DNA of 63,982 bases, the filler included, from Dimargaris cristalligena (Eukaryota), in assembly GCA_003614675.1 (NCBI GenBank). It is 6 parts of 6 records of this genome, joined end to end, with 100 filler letters (N's around TTAATTAATTAA, not from the genome) between each part and the next. Parts side by side here need not be neighbours in the genome. Positions count along the whole stretch, not along the records: positions 33,132 to 44,028 come from ML003138.1; positions 44,129 to 55,015 come from ML003139.1; 4 more parts are not named here. The stretch is one strand, 5' to 3'. Below, one piece after another: positions 39,424-53,299 of the stretch. A model generated the notes under the pieces. The model had not been told where the DNA came from. It saw only the letters and a list, made by a program, of their open reading frames with translations, and searched no databases. Both the position numbers and the translations under genes were made by a program. Position 1 is the first letter of the stretch. Every line of letters begins with the position of its first letter.

Positions 39424-41737
39424 ATGAGCCGACTTTTAAGATCCCCCGGCCCCAAGCTGTCCTCCACCACCTGGTCCCCCCTGGTCAGGGTCCAACGAAT
39501 GCCAACCGGACGGTGTCCTAATTTGCCAAGTGTAAAGGCAACCCTCCCCTGTCTCCCTCGCCTTTCCCGCTGGCCCGCTAACCTTCGACTTGGTAAGTAT
39601 ATTCTAGAAAATATTTTTTTAAGAAAAAAAATGCCAAACACAATGAATTTATAGCCCCTATATCATTTATGTGAATACCCGGGAAATCAATTTATCGTAT
39701 TTCGACACTTCTTTGCCTGAATCTTGAAACCTTTGGGAAGCAAACCCAGCCCAACCCTGCCTTCCATTTAGGTCGATTACATACGGATTTGATTTGACTA
39801 TTGTATTGTCATGTTTGCCGGCCACCTTCTACCCCCCCCCACCATAAATACATGACCTAATTCAATAATTATATGACCATATGATATACCGCCCAATTTT
39901 GTGGATCTTGTTCTTTTATACAGTGTCGACGACCGCCGAGGCCCGCCTTGATCCACTTACATTCGAGACCAACGTAAAAGTAACCGATACCTCATTTCAA
40001 GAGGGCGACCTGGTGGTCATTCGCGAATGCTCACAGGGGAAACAATGGCTGCGTGGCCCACTAACCAAAGGAGGTAAGACTACGCTGGTGTATATGCTGG
40101 CAAATTATTATTATTAGATATTGGTTACGATTGCCTTAGCTGGGTAGGAAAATTGACCTCGTGCAAGTATATGGCTAACCACCACTATTCATGGATCGGA
40201 CTGTTTCTTTGTAAATCTATACATTTATCTATTTATTAATGTGCCCTATATCATAAAATGACCGCTGGGTCACGTCAACCTAACCGATCACCCCTTTTCC
40301 CGGTTTTTCAAAAAAGTGAATTTGTCCACTAATTCGGGGGATATCCCCGCCGAAGCTGTCATAGGCCAACGCAACCGCACTTATGTTTATAACTCGCGCG
40401 GGCGCCGGTACATTGCCCACTACCCCACCCTTAATGAGTAAGTAGCATGTACGCAGCTTGATACAGTACTTTGGGATGGTTTCCGCTCCCTGCTATAGGG
40501 GGTCAAGAATCAAATCCAAAGAAAGTATAGCCGAGGCATTATATGGGATATGAACTATGGTGTTAATCATTGACTTCAAAACTACAATATATTGCTATCC
40601 TGATCAGTTACGTGGGATTATCCAAACGCCACTGCTCCCCAATCTATCAGAAAGATGCGGCATCCATAGTAAGTATTACCAACCTTATATTTACAGCAGT
40701 ATAGCAATGCTCTATCAATATTTACTCTCCTCGGTATATCCGACGATCTGTCGCTAAATCACCAATGGCACGGTTTGGTGTACAACAGCCATATTTAAGC
40801 ACATTTCTCTGGTGTTCATACCAACACATCTATACATCCCCCCCCCCTCCACATGTATATACACCACTACCACCTTTAGATTTCCTTGCTTGACCTGCCC
40901 CCTAACGCCCGAGTTCTCGAGGCCGGTACGGGTATGGGTGCCCTCACCATGCATCTGGCCCGGATAGCCGCCCACGTGGACACCGTCGAACTCCGCCTGG
41001 ACCATTACCGTAAAGCCCAAAAATTCATTGCCCAGTTCCAGCGGGGCCATTTACTACCCCGGATTCGGTTCCACCACGGCTCACTCGATCAGCTGATCCA
41101 CCATTCAATGACCCAAGTCCAAGCCCAAGCCCAAGTCGAGGCCCGGACAGACAACAAACCGGAACTGGAACCGGAGTTGGCGTCGTCTTCTCCTACTACC
41201 CCCTCCCTGCTCAGTACTACCCAATTCGACGGCGTCGTACTCGATTTACCCACCCCTTGGTCCCTCCTCGCCGCCGTCCTCCCGGTCCTCAAGTCCGACC
41301 ATTTCATCATTTGTTATCTACCTAACCTCACCCAAGTCCTCGACCTCCACCAATACATTCTCGCCCGGCCCGCCCTGCGCTGTCGAGTGGCCGTGGATGC
41401 CACTTGGGAAGTCGAATGGAAAGAGTGGGAAATTCACCCCACGTTGGTGCGTAATCCAACCCCCCATCCGGAACAACTCAATACCTATTGGGATGAGGCC
41501 GTTGGAAAGGGGAATGCAACTGACCACCCCCCCAATGGCGCCAGCAATGGTAACCGTAGTAGTGACAATGAAAATCCGGGCGGCGACCAGCCAATTGAGC
41601 CGAAGGAGGAACCGGCGACCCATGCGTGGGTCTGTCACCCATCCCGGATGCCCAAAGGACATACCGCCTTTTTGGTTCGGCTGAAAAAAATCGAAACCAT
41701 CGATTCCAAAGTAAAGAATGGCAACCGTGAAGAGTAA
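39424..41737 (+). CDS. TRM61: tRNA (adenine-58-N1) methyltransferase catalytic subunit, probably mitochondrial type; exons 39424-39592, 39924-40073, 40317-40437, 40608-40668, 40880-41737
   Basis: Spliced FQEGDLVVI...HYPTLNDYV...KRHCSPIYQKDAASI|ISLLDL...VLEAGTGMGALT...FDGVVLDLPTPW...GHTAFLV. All junctions are GT-AG and phase-consistent. Confidence 0.85.
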
Positions 41738-41763
41738 CGCGTATACATATATCTATACATATA

Positions 41764-41797
<34 letters not shown>

Positions 41798-43048
41798 TAC
41801 GCCTTTTGGGCAGTTAGATCGGCATTGGTGGTGTGACACTCAAGCATGTATATAACCGATGGATATATAATTAAACTAAATAAAGCCTGCTGTGTCGTAT
41901 AACTCGGGATTGTGTTAGGAGGGCTAATCATAAGTAACTGATGGCCTAGATGATTAGCTTTTTTGGTAGTTTGCCTATATTTCTTAGGATCCGAGACCAA
42001 TATTATCCTTTTATTCAATTAGCATTGGTGGGGGCTGACAACATGGATTGCAACATATAACCTCTATGTACTTCCTTGACTCTATTATTAAAATTACAAT
42101 ACACCAAAGCACCATCAATACCCTAGTAGGCGGTTTAAGGGATATTTCCGACATAGCACTTCCGCTTTAGTTTTTGTAGCAACCTATAACCTGATGTTAG
42201 CCAAAAACCCACCCGGTATAAACATAAGTAAACCCTGGGAGTTGCCAGATAGTATATATAGTAAAGTGGGCGAAATTGCTCGATCGGACTGAAAAAACCA
42301 TTGCAATTCTTTTATTTATATATAATAAAAAATACTACAAGTCTCTGATGATAATAAAAGTATAACATGGCCTACCAACCATTGCCCCCCGGGATCTAGT
42401 TAGTGACCATGTATGTACCAACGAAATAACTGTATGACAGGAACAATGACAAACAACCGCAGTAGATGAGGAGACAGTCCATTTAATCAGGGAGAGGATA
42501 GGAGAGGGGGAACCACATGTCAGCGCATTATTAAAAAGTTCCAAACAATTAATAATAAGTAATGAAAAAAAACGGAAGTAAAAAAATACGAAAATAGAAA
42601 GGAACAAGAAAAATAAATGAGCTCGCACACGGTAGAAACTAACGTGAAAAAAAAAGATAAGGGGGAGAGAGGGCAGCGACTCAGAGTGAATGGAGGAAGG
42701 GGAGGGGTTATAGTTGGAGACATCAATTGATATATAAAGAGAGACCGAAGGGAGCAAAGTCGGTATATATGAAGAAAGAGGGGGGAAAAGATATAAACCA
42801 AATAGAGGAGAACAGAAGACCGCTAGGAAATCATTGGATTTAAAAAAAGCAGACGAAGCAAGATCTCTCTACCCATTAATGCTCACACTCACCCGTTTAT
42901 ACCCTTACACACACACAGTGAGACAGAGAGAGGTAGTCCAATGGTAGGGGCCCGGCCACGCATCTTTTGATAAATAATAATAAAGAACCATAGAGGAGAA
43001 AAAGGCAACGCAAGAGAGAACGAGGGAGACGACATCTGTTCACCCCGT

Positions 43049-43845
43049 TTATGATACTCCGGCCTTCTTCTTCCGGTTACGAGGGGGTGTGACCGGATTC
43101 CCGTAACTCGGTCCGTAATTGAACCGTTTCTTCTCGGCCGGTTTAAGGATCTGGAAAGAGCACATGAGGGTCTCGTCGATACTCATCATGGCACCGGCAT
43201 TATCAAACTCACCGCAGTAGTTAGGGGCTGAGAATAACGTAACCAATTGCCGCTTGGCGAAAAACTCGTATCCGTCCTCAACGACTTGGTGGGCCCGGCA
43301 GATGAGGTCCATGTCGTGTTTTTCGAGGAATTTCTTAACGATGTCTTGTCCGAACGTGAAGGACACGCCCCGATCGTTTTCACTCCAGCCCGTCACACCC
43401 TTGTCTGGGTCGGACCACAGCAGGTCGCAAAGTAGACCGGTGTCGGGCACATCGGTTGGTCGCATGATCCGTCGAACCTGGTCCATACTCTGGAGCTCTG
43501 GGGAAAGACCGCCGTGCATACAGAAGATCTTCTCGTCAATGACAGCGGCAATGGGCAGGCAGTTGAAGCAGTCAATGAAGACCTTCCAGAGCTTAATATT
43601 GTACCGACGTTTGCACTCGTCGTAGAAGCCGTATATCCGGTTAATATTGGCGCACTCGTGGTTGCCCCGGAGAATGAAGAAGTTCTCGGGGTATTTGATC
43701 TTGTAGGCTAGGAGGAGGCAAATGGTTTCCAGGGACTGCTTGCCACGATCAACGTAGTCACCTAGGAACAGGTAGTTGGCATCAGGGGGGAAACCACCAT
43801 ACTCGAACAGGCGGAGAAGGTCGTAGTATTGCCCATGGATATCGC
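43049..43845 (-). CDS. GLC7: Protein phosphatase 1 catalytic subunit, last exon (5' exons not on this contig)
   Basis: [39 protein letters not shown]-terminal TPPR. CAG acceptor precedes GDIHG. Confidence 0.97.
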
Positions 43846-44028
43846 CTGGTAACGAAATAGAGGGGATGGGCCAATTAAGCCGGTAGTTAAGGTTAAGAGG
43901 AATGGTTAGAGACATGGTGTACTATACACGGAAATAATCTCCGGAACACCTTCTCGAGGACTAATTCGATAAACTCGGGGTGGTGGGCTGAGGTCTATTC
44001 TAGTACCCCTGCTTCTCCTCGTATCAGG

Positions 44029-44128
44029 NNNNNNNNNNNNNNNNNNNNNNNNNNNNNNNNNNNNNNNNNNNNTTAATTAATTAANNNNNNNNNNNNNNNN
44101 NNNNNNNNNNNNNNNNNNNNNNNNNNNN
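44029..44128. other. Artificial contig spacer
   Basis: N-TTAATTAATTAA-N. Confidence 0.98.
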
Positions 44129-44895
44129 TGATGTTCTTCATCTTTTCTAAACTAAAAATAGTTTGGCCGGGATATGCTATTAGGGATTAAGCAGGCCCGG
44201 CCACAAAAATGTCCAATTCCGACCTTATTTCTACTAATTCGGCCAATGGCCCTACTTATATTGGTCGGGGGACTTCCCCTTTGACACTGGGTGCCCTGAA
44301 AATTAATTTATGGTCCCCAGCGGTGTCACCAGGCCTAGCAACGTAAGGTCGGGACCCAGCGACAATACACGCACTTGAATCACTTAAAAGTAATCTATAG
44401 CTAGGCTGAGCTTCACCCGCATCATATTTTTAGGGTTATGATATGGGAGGGGTGACACAATTAGTGAATCTAGGAGTAGAATGGTGATTGTGAGGAATAA
44501 CATTTCAGAACGACATCACCAAAATGAAAGTGTGGCATCTGGCGGAGGCATGGGCTGGAATCCTTAGTACCACAGACCCCCTTACAGTTGGCTTGGCTTG
44601 AAAACTAGCAGTAGTTAGTTAATACGGCAGAAACCCCATTCTCCCACTATAATCTTTAATTCAAAGTGAAGGACCGAAACTAAGAAAATATACACTTATG
44701 GGAGAAGAGTTGTATTTAGGTTTTATTTTATTGATATCCCCCTATGAGTCAAACATGGCCCATTTTGAGACTGAATGAAGTGAAGGGGAATAAACGGCAA
44801 TACATTAGACCATGTTATACCTCAATCGGGAAACCATGTTTGTGTGGATGAAACGGATGGGAGGATTGGGGACTGTGTTGTGCTAACGACTAGTA

Positions 44896-45549
44896 TTAGT
44901 AAGCGGCTTGGCGCACTGCGGCCCGCTCTTGGTAGCGCTTGAAGGCGGGGTCCTGCTCTAGAGTGGCCTGGAACTTACGTAGACCCTCGCCTACGTGCTC
45001 CTCCAGGGTGTCCTTGTAAATGGGCATTTTAGCCAGGAGCTCGAGGGACAGGTACGCCGCAATATCGGCTAGGGTAGTCTTATTACCCACGTAGTGACCG
45101 GTCCCGTTGCGGAGTAGCAGTTCGTCGTGCTTCTTCAACAGGTGGGTAGCCGCTACGCCAAGTTTCTTGAAAGCAGCCGCCTTGTCTTCCTCGGTCGGGG
45201 AATAGTACTCGGCGCTGATCAAGAGTTCCATCACATCCTTCCACTGGCCGAGCACCGCATCCTGCTGGGCGTTGGTCTTCAAATCAGCTGGGCTCGTCCC
45301 GTACAGGCCGTAACGGGCAGCCACGTAGCGTTGGATGGCGTCGGAGTCGGTCAGTACAAACGACGGTTCGGTGGAGTCGGATTCATACTCCTTGAGCACG
45401 GGCAGAGTGCCGTAGGGGGTCTGGCTCTTTTCAGCAGGCCAGTTGGTTGGGTAGATTGACTTGTACTCGATGTCGCCGTAGTCCAGAATAGCGCGGACCG
45501 GTTCGGCACGGTAGGTGATTGGGAAGTACAGGATTTCGAAGCGAGTCAT
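44896..45549 (-). CDS. Glutathione S-transferase (sigma-like, N-terminal Tyr type), intronless
   Basis: MTRFEILYFPITYRAEPVRAIL, TPYGTLPVL, DSDAIQRYVA, YVGNKTTLADI; ATTATAAAAAG about 140 nt upstream. Confidence 0.92.
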   Translation of the reverse strand: MTRFEILYFPITYRAEPVRAILDYGDIEYKSIYPTNWPAEKSQTPYGTLPVLKEYESDSTEPSFVLTDSDAIQRYVAARYGLYGTSPADLKTNAQQDAVLGQWKDVMELLISAEYYSPTEEDKAAAFKKLGVAATHLLKKHDELLLRNGTGHYVGNKTTLADIAAYLSLELLAKMPIYKDTLEEHVGEGLRKFQATLEQDPAFKRYQERAAVRQAAY

Positions 45550-46827
45550 GGCAGATAACGACGGGTTGATTGGGCAGATGAAGGGAGTGGTACGGCTGAG
45601 GAAAGGCAACGCAGAGAGTGAGTTAATAAGACAGGCAATGAAAGTAATGATTGATGATCCACTTAGAAGGCGAGGCGGGTGGCCCTTTTTATAATGAACA
45701 GTGAGCCAATGGGCCTGGCCACGCAAAGGGGAATAGGACGGTTGAGGGATAATTGAGGCCCCTTCGCGTTAGACTGCGACCTACCCACGCCAATCAGCCA
45801 AGACGGCCAACTCCACTTGGGTCATACGGTTGGCCTGGCCCAAAATAGTCTGCAGCAATATATCAGGGATGGACAGTTTCGGTAAGCCGATGGGAAAGCC
45901 CTATTAGCTATTAGTCAGCCAACCGGTGGATTAACCCGTCTGAATTATTCACATTGCGTACGTGGGCGGACTGTTCCATCGCGCATCGACCGCAGTTTAT
46001 TTAATTTAGGGAATCAGCCCCTCAAAGCAAGGTGAGGCTCGTCTACTATATAGAACATACATTTATCGGCAATATTTTCCCACAGGCTATAATACTGGTA
46101 AATCCCGTTTGGGAGGCAAATGATTAGAACCTCGCCTCCCCACTAATATCGTCTTCAATTACCGCAACAGATGGTTATCCTTTTGGGACTTGGGAAATTG
46201 TCATGTATCGTGAATAGCTGGTGGAAACCCCTATTTGGACTTGATTAGCGAGTCCCAATATCCTCTATAGTACTTTAGTGTCGATGGACAGATGAGTGCC
46301 TTGGCCTCATAGTATATCGCGTAGGGTCGACCCTCAATCTGTAGTTCAACCCCGGGCCGCGTTTCCGCTGTATATAGAAGAGGACACCTTCATTTGTCAG
46401 CCTTACCAGTTCAATTCAGTTGCCAAGTCAGAGAATGCGCTGTGGTTAAACCTGTTGGTAATGGGAAATAGGCCATCAGCTAATCGAATTCCAGCACGCA
46501 GTAGGGCTGATTATGTTCAAGTTTAAAGGCATCCAAACCATTCAGTATTGGAGTGTAATCATGCATGACCATGTTCAACCCAAGGATAACCAAATGTACA
46601 CCTTTAGCTACTGCGCTAACAGTTTAAACGCACTAACTCTATACCTGCCCATGTACTTATGTGGACATGCTATTTTGTACAGTGCAGATAAATACTCAGA
46701 GAGTGAAGTTATTGGAGAGCTAGGTAATGGAAGCTTCAGGGACTTTACATTGCTGGAAACAAATATGGCGGTATGTATGGTATGTCTGATGGCTTCGACC
46801 ATAACATGCTACAAACATGTTAGATAT

Positions 46828-46963
46828 GGGTGGAATTCAGTGTAGCTGTATAAGGTTTTGGATGATATGTGTACGGGCAAATATATGAGAGATCCATTAT
46901 TAACCAGTGGCTTTTGCCTCATCCAACGGATTTATTGTTATACAGCCAGGTTGAACCTTTCCC
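46828..46963 (-). mobile_element. MITE copy 6 (136 bp)
   Basis: Reverse-orientation copy with GGG/CCC ends and ATAT flanks. Confidence 0.88.
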
Positions 46964-48705
46964 ATATCGTAAGATTTGTAGGTGAATGAGCGGTCATGGA
47001 AGGGGCCTTCCTAATATATCAACTGAAGAACGACGGAAGGTCCATTCTGGGACCATATGTGGCAATATAGTTATAACCGCGTTAAATTCTGCTAAGACCA
47101 CGGGCGGGGGAAATGTACCAATAAGGGGGAATGAAGTAAGACAATAATAGAGGGAGGTGAGGGGGAGGCTCGCTGTAAAGCAATAGTGACCTCAGAGTAA
47201 GTCTTACTTAATAAATGCCATTATATCATCGAAAATGATAAATGGGGACATTCCTATGTGCATTCCGTATCCAGACATGGGCCAAATACACTCACTCCAT
47301 TAGCACTACTATTATGGCTTTGCTATTAGGACCAAAACGGCAAGGATTCGAATAGCAAAACATTCAGTTGTGTAAAGTACATTCAAGCTATATACCTATT
47401 TTTGAGGATCTTATATCGTCTTCTCCGGCAACACCTGTTATAAACTGGCAAATACTGGGGGTGGGGGTCAGACCAGCGCAGACCTAATCTGCCTTAATAT
47501 AATTTGAGTTGTAGGGTCACCTTGAGTGATTTAAATCCGACTTTTATTATCCTACGTTGGCTTAGCTGTAGTCGGTCGGTTTCAATGAACATTCCAGGAA
47601 CGCCGGTTACTACGGATATCCCTGTTGGATATATTTATGATCGTCATTAGTAGTGGTTAACTCGAATATAATGCACGGTGCTGCCTTCTAGTACAGTTGG
47701 TCGCTTGCATGAATTACATTTAACCAGCTCTAATCATCCGTAGACGATGTTGTTCATTCGGCTGATTTGCAGTCTCCCTGCCTTGTCTATAGCTCTCGGA
47801 TATTTGGCCTCTATTGAATGGAAACGGTCTCGGGGGGGGGGTGTTCTTAATGTCGGCGTTGAACGATAGTAGCGCCGATGGTCTATATATTATTTTTGTT
47901 TTTAGCCATGTCGTATCCTCTCTTACGGCTTAATTCCCGCCCTATTTATGCACATTTGTATACCTTCACTTTGCTGTCGGATGAAGCCAGCTCACAAGTC
48001 TGGAAACAACTTATACTGATGGCCTTTGGGTTCTAGTGAGGAATCTCTTAGCCAGCAGAGCAATCGGCCGAGGAAAGACGACGAGAGAAGGGGGGCGAAA
48101 CATGCCCATAACAACAATGATTTAATAATAAAAGGTTCAATATAAAAACACCCGCTAGTTATATGTCCGGGGGAATGTCAAGTAAGCCCCATCCATCACC
48201 ACCCCACCACATACGGGGGGATATGGGTGGTGTGAAATGGAATTGCCGCATTCGGGGGCCACTACTACCCACACACCATTCACCTCTCCCCAACACTACT
48301 ATATACTATAAGGGGGTGGTGGGCTATGGGAAAAACATTGCAGATTCCCAGCTTGCCGTTCCTTGCAATAACAAACCCCGAATATATCACAAGCAACGGC
48401 CATTTGACATTTCTTACCAGACGTACTACTTCCTACTTTTTTAAATTTATTTTTTCTGAGCACATATTCCTCATCCCATTCCGGTGAACTTCAGTAGAGG
48501 CGGCTTTATTCTAGCTCCATTTTACCAGCGTCTACACATTACAATTGGCCGAATCCAGAAACACACCTCTTTCCATAACTGGTTGATTATTGTTGAATGC
48601 CCCCGACGTCCCAATTGCCGTTGGTTTAATATCGCTGACCAAGGCGCCCATCCCCACCCCATTCATTACCTGCCCACTTCAATCGGCTTCGTGTTGGTCG
48701 ACTAG

Positions 48706-50376
48706 GCCGCCCTAATTCCCTCTACTCACCGCCTCATCTCCCCGAGTCCGCATGCGCCGATGCAACTAAACCAAATTACCGTCGACCGTGCCCACTACGC
48801 GGCTCGAGCGCAAGTAAGTTTATCAACATTTTGCTATATCCGTCGATACTCTCTCCCCCCCCACCCCCGGGCATTTCCACGAACTGCTCTACCATTATAA
48901 GTTTGCGAACGTCTCTACTGCAGTATATTATAGACTGGCATTGCGCTTATATCAGAAAAATACTTAATACCACCAAACCCCTCTTTTTATCCCACACTTG
49001 CAAACCTCTACAGTATAGTGCCATGACTTTCCAGTTGGAAAGTAGTACGGACGGCATTTACAATGAGCTGCCGGGAATTGAACTGGCCTTCAATAAGGCA
49101 CTCGAAGAACTGGCACAACATTTCCCGAGCACTAAGGCGACTCCACACGAGTCCGCCGGGTCCCCGGTATCTCAGCTATGTGAATTACAGTTATGGATTG
49201 ATAACGCTGCGCAGGGTCCGCTAAATTTTAAGCGATGTGAGGTATGTAGTTGGCACCTGGTTTGGAGAAGGGGTTGGATGTTACATTCTTATAACCCATT
49301 CACTTGATTGTACTCGGTTAGCGCGGGGCAAATAGGACTGTAGTAAGTGTTGTCTATTTATGATTTTCCAAAAGGCAACGCAAGTTCGTTTGGCTCGTTC
49401 TAATTGAATTTTCTATTTGGATTCCAAACCCTCTGGTCGGAATTTGGTCTGCTCTATATTTGGTATCTAGTTTATCGAAACGGCACTTAATAGGGACATG
49501 TCGCTGCTGGATCAGCTTGAAATCACTCCCGAGAAATTCCAAGACATCCTAACTAACAACTCCCGATTGGTCAAGGATACGCTACAGCCATGGTCGGCGT
49601 CCATAAACTTCATCCTGTAAGTATGTATTAGGCATCCCTTTGATATTCGTGGAAACGATAATCACAAGTTCGTCGCGAACCAAGTCTCCCTTCCCTGCAT
49701 ATATATATATATATATAATACACCTGTGGAAGATGCGAATCGGTATTATAGGACGTTATTAACTAAAATATTCTGAAATCTACCTATGGCTTGACTGCAT
49801 CCCGGGTTTACCTTGAATGGTCTTACTCCTTTTGGCTCGGTGACCTACGCACTCGACAGTTACGTTGAAGTCATTTTGATCATGCCCATCAACTTGGACA
49901 TTATTGAAATTATGACCTGGCTCGTGGAGCATCGGAAACTCGAGGATGAACATCTCCGGATTTTTATTACTCACTGCATTGCCTATTGCGGTAGGCTCAC
50001 TGACCGGGACAGTCAAACCCGCCAAGTGAAAATTGTAAGTAAATATAGAGTGATACGTTGTCCACGCGCACATACATATATACATAAATAGAAGCACCCA
50101 TCATTAGTATAATTTTGTTAAATCCTTTAGATTTCCACAAAAACTAACTCTGTTATACACACTGTACTCATTTATTTAATCTAACCCATTCACCTCAATC
50201 TATTTACTCTATAGATTAGTCTCTTTATCCAACGACTACTTAACGCAGGGGCTATCCGGGAGGAAGATTATTTCGCTGAACTCAGCTCGTTCTGCGTGGA
50301 GTACGCCCGTGTTAAAGAGGCCACCGTTTTGTTCCGACGATTATTGGAATGGGAACAAACCCAACGAACCTCGTAA
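48706..50376 (+). CDS. CNOT11: CCR4-NOT subunit 11 homologue; exons 48706(or ATG 48760)-48813, 49014-49241, 49471-49616, 49860-50034, 50215-50376; 5' end uncertain
   Basis: Spliced C-terminus AAQGPL...ITPEKFQDILTNN...MPINLDIIEIM...FITHCIAYC...QTRQVKIISLFIQRLL...ELSSFCVEYARVKEATVLFR follows the CNOT11 C-terminal domain pattern; junctions phase-consistent. Confidence 0.8.
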
Positions 50377-51510
50377 CTGTTGGCTTGCTGTTGTTTGCCC
50401 AGGTAAAGGGAAGAAAGAGGGAATGGTCGAATGCCTCACCCCATTTCCTCTACTACTCTAATTTCGGGCTGGATTACCTTTGGATGCCTATTCTAAACGA
50501 ACTCCCCATCCTTTCACCTACATAACCCCCCCCCCCCTGGCGCCTTCCTATTACTTACCCCGATTCATGAGAGATGCGGCCATCACCCTTTCTATAGCAA
50601 CCTATTTGGTTTCGCTTCGCATATACATACATACCTCCTCCGGCAATTATTTCCTTTAATTGGTTTAATACGTTCAAGTTTAATATTTTCTGGTGTATAT
50701 TTTTGTCCTGTAATTCCGTGTAATTTTTTTAAATAAACCGATGAGATTTACAAACCTTACGAAGAATATTTGGCTAGCATTCCTCGCTCTGCACTTTTCC
50801 AATCAGCCGAGTGTAGTCCTCCTCCTCCCTCTACACTACAGTGTAAGTTGGCTGTAAATAAGCAGTAATAATATACCCTACAAGCAAATAAATATGCCCC
50901 CATTGTGGATCCCGTTCCATAGTAACTGTAGATGTAAGATAGGCTTTATAAACAATTAGCAAATTTTAACAGTGTAATGTTATACAAGTGAAATGGGGGA
51001 GGGCAAACATGGTTACGAATAAAAATGCCAGTATGTGTGACATTTTCGTTATCCGGATGGAAACGCGAAAAGGGAACTAGGAGATGATGATAGGGCGGGG
51101 ATGGAGAAGGCTCGGAAAATCCGAGAAATAGGGGTCCGTTGGTCGGGAGTAGGAAAATGTTAAAATTAACCCAGTTAGATTTACAAAAGAAACTAAAAAC
51201 GTGATAAATAAATAGCCCCGGTTAAACCAAAGCCAGGTGTAACCAGTGGGAACTTATTTCCGAAAAATGAAGATAGTTGAGGGGTTGGCAACCGAACTGG
51301 AAGGGTCGTAAAAGTATACAAAAATTGGCGAAGTTCAACGGCGGCGTTGAGTTACGAGCAATAGAAATTAGGGGTTAGGACCAAGAGAGGGTTCTAGGGG
51401 ATGTTGATTGAGGCGAGTTGGTGAAACGAGGGAAGTAAGAAAAAGCAAAAGCAACGGGGACTACTACACTCTCCCCCGCCTCTACCTCACGGGGAAGATC
51501 CCCCATATTT

Positions 51511-53299
51511 TTAGGACATTCGCTTGAGAGCAAGCTCGTGCCGAAGGGTGGCCAACAGCTCCCGCTTCTGAACGGCCTCCTGCTGCCGACGCCGCAGATA
51601 ATCAACCGAATCCCGAAGAAGAATAGCCTTACTCATTTTGGAGGGCATATTCTCCTGTTTACCAAGGTACACGAACTCCTTAAGACTATCATAGTAGTTG
51701 CTGATGAGGTTGCGCCGGCGCTGTTCAGAGCGGATATGGTTGTTCCGCTTTTGCTCATCGGTCAACAGGGCACGGGCGGGCTTTTTAGCGCTCTTCCCAT
51801 TCGAACGACCAGATGGGGTGGTCATGGATTTAGGGCTACCTCCATTAACTCCCGCGGAGACGGGGGTGGCCAGCAAAGGCTGGGGACTTCCGTTGGTATC
51901 ATCCCCCGACTCGCCGCTACCACTACTTTGAATGGCCGGTGATACGGCCACCAGAGAACCGTCGGATTGCAGGTAGGGGGAATCCATAAGCCCCTCGCCA
52001 GTTGGTCGACCCAGCGATACCCGGAGTGAGGTTTTGCGCTTGGGGTTCCGTTCGCGATCGGACATGGAGCGGGGCCCTTTGCGCTTCCCGGAGCTATCCG
52101 GAAGGGGAGAGTCGGGCCGCAGACTGGCGTCAGCGACCGTCGAATCGTGGGGGGACCCCATGTGGCGCATGGCGGTGGGAAGAGCATATCCGCCGGGGGC
52201 AGTGGTGCTCGATGTCCCATAGAGGTCGCTCAGGCTAGGGTGAGTGGCCAGGGGGTTGGTCGCGCCATGAACCGCCCCGAACATATGCATAGTTGGGCTA
52301 GGGAGGTTACCCAGACCATGCGATACCCGATGATGGTGGTGGGCAGACAGGTCAAAATTGAGGTTCGGCATGAGGTTACCAAAAAGATTTGCAGCCGGAT
52401 AGTTCGGAGTAGGTGGTAAGAATCCAGTGTGATGAGTGCCCTGACTGAGAGAAAGGCCGCCAAGATTGGCAAGTTGGGGCGGGGTCTCGAGGGGGAAACT
52501 TCCCGAGGATTGGGTGAGGGTGTCTTCCTTAAGCTCCTTGGACAAGACGCTCGAGGCGAAGGTGGTGTCGAATTGGGAAATGTCTAGGGGCGATATCGTA
52601 TCGAAGATATTAAGCTGGTCGCTGGTATCAAAGTTGTCCAGAAATTCGGATAGGAAATGTTCGTCATTGGTGTTAAAAAGATTGAATCCGTTGTCGAAGG
52701 AGTCGGGCTCTAGGTCAGCCGGGGCCTGTGGGGGCAGTGGTTTAGACTGGTCCTTGATTTGTTCGGCCACTGGTGGAGAAAACCGATACATAAATGACGG
52801 AATGGGAAAGAATGGCAAGCGGCGATGTCAAAAAAGATGGGAGTTAGGTGGGGGTCGATCATGAAGATTACTATTTGTGGAAACAGACATAGATCACAAG
52901 GTCCTGAATTTTCAATGGAAATGGGTATCCGCACTATATGATAGCGAAAGATGCTACATCAACTCAGTTCGAAATTGCCGTTATGGCCTGGGTCGTAATT
53001 GGGACCCAGACAAGTCCGAACTTAGAGTGGGGGGGGGTCTGGTATCTCTAATAACCTAATCAAGGCCAAAAACCTCCAATTGTCCGGGTATATACACAGG
53101 TATGCTAAAAGCAAGAGAGAGGCTTACCTAGAAGTTCATTATAGTTGACTTTGGGCTGGGCGGTCGGTCCCGAGGAACTTAAGAGGGAAGTGTATATCTC
53201 GGACTGGGGCGGCTGGATGGCATTAAGGGATTCGCCCCAAGTTTGGAACGAACCGCCCAGATCAATGTTGGGGATGGCTAGGGATGCGAAGGCGGACAT
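51511..53299 (-). CDS. bHLH transcription factor (Ino2/Ino4/Mlx-like); exons 53299-53128, 52769-51511
   Basis: LLTDEQKRNNHIRSEQRRRNLI...SKAILLRDSVDYL at the C-terminus; acidic N-terminal patch FLSEFLDNFD; GTAAGC...CCAG intron. Confidence 0.85.

Noticed and set aside
44396-44418. TATAGCTAGGCTGAGCTTCACCC, resembling the MITE right end
   Set aside because: No matching left end or ATAT flank; too short to call.
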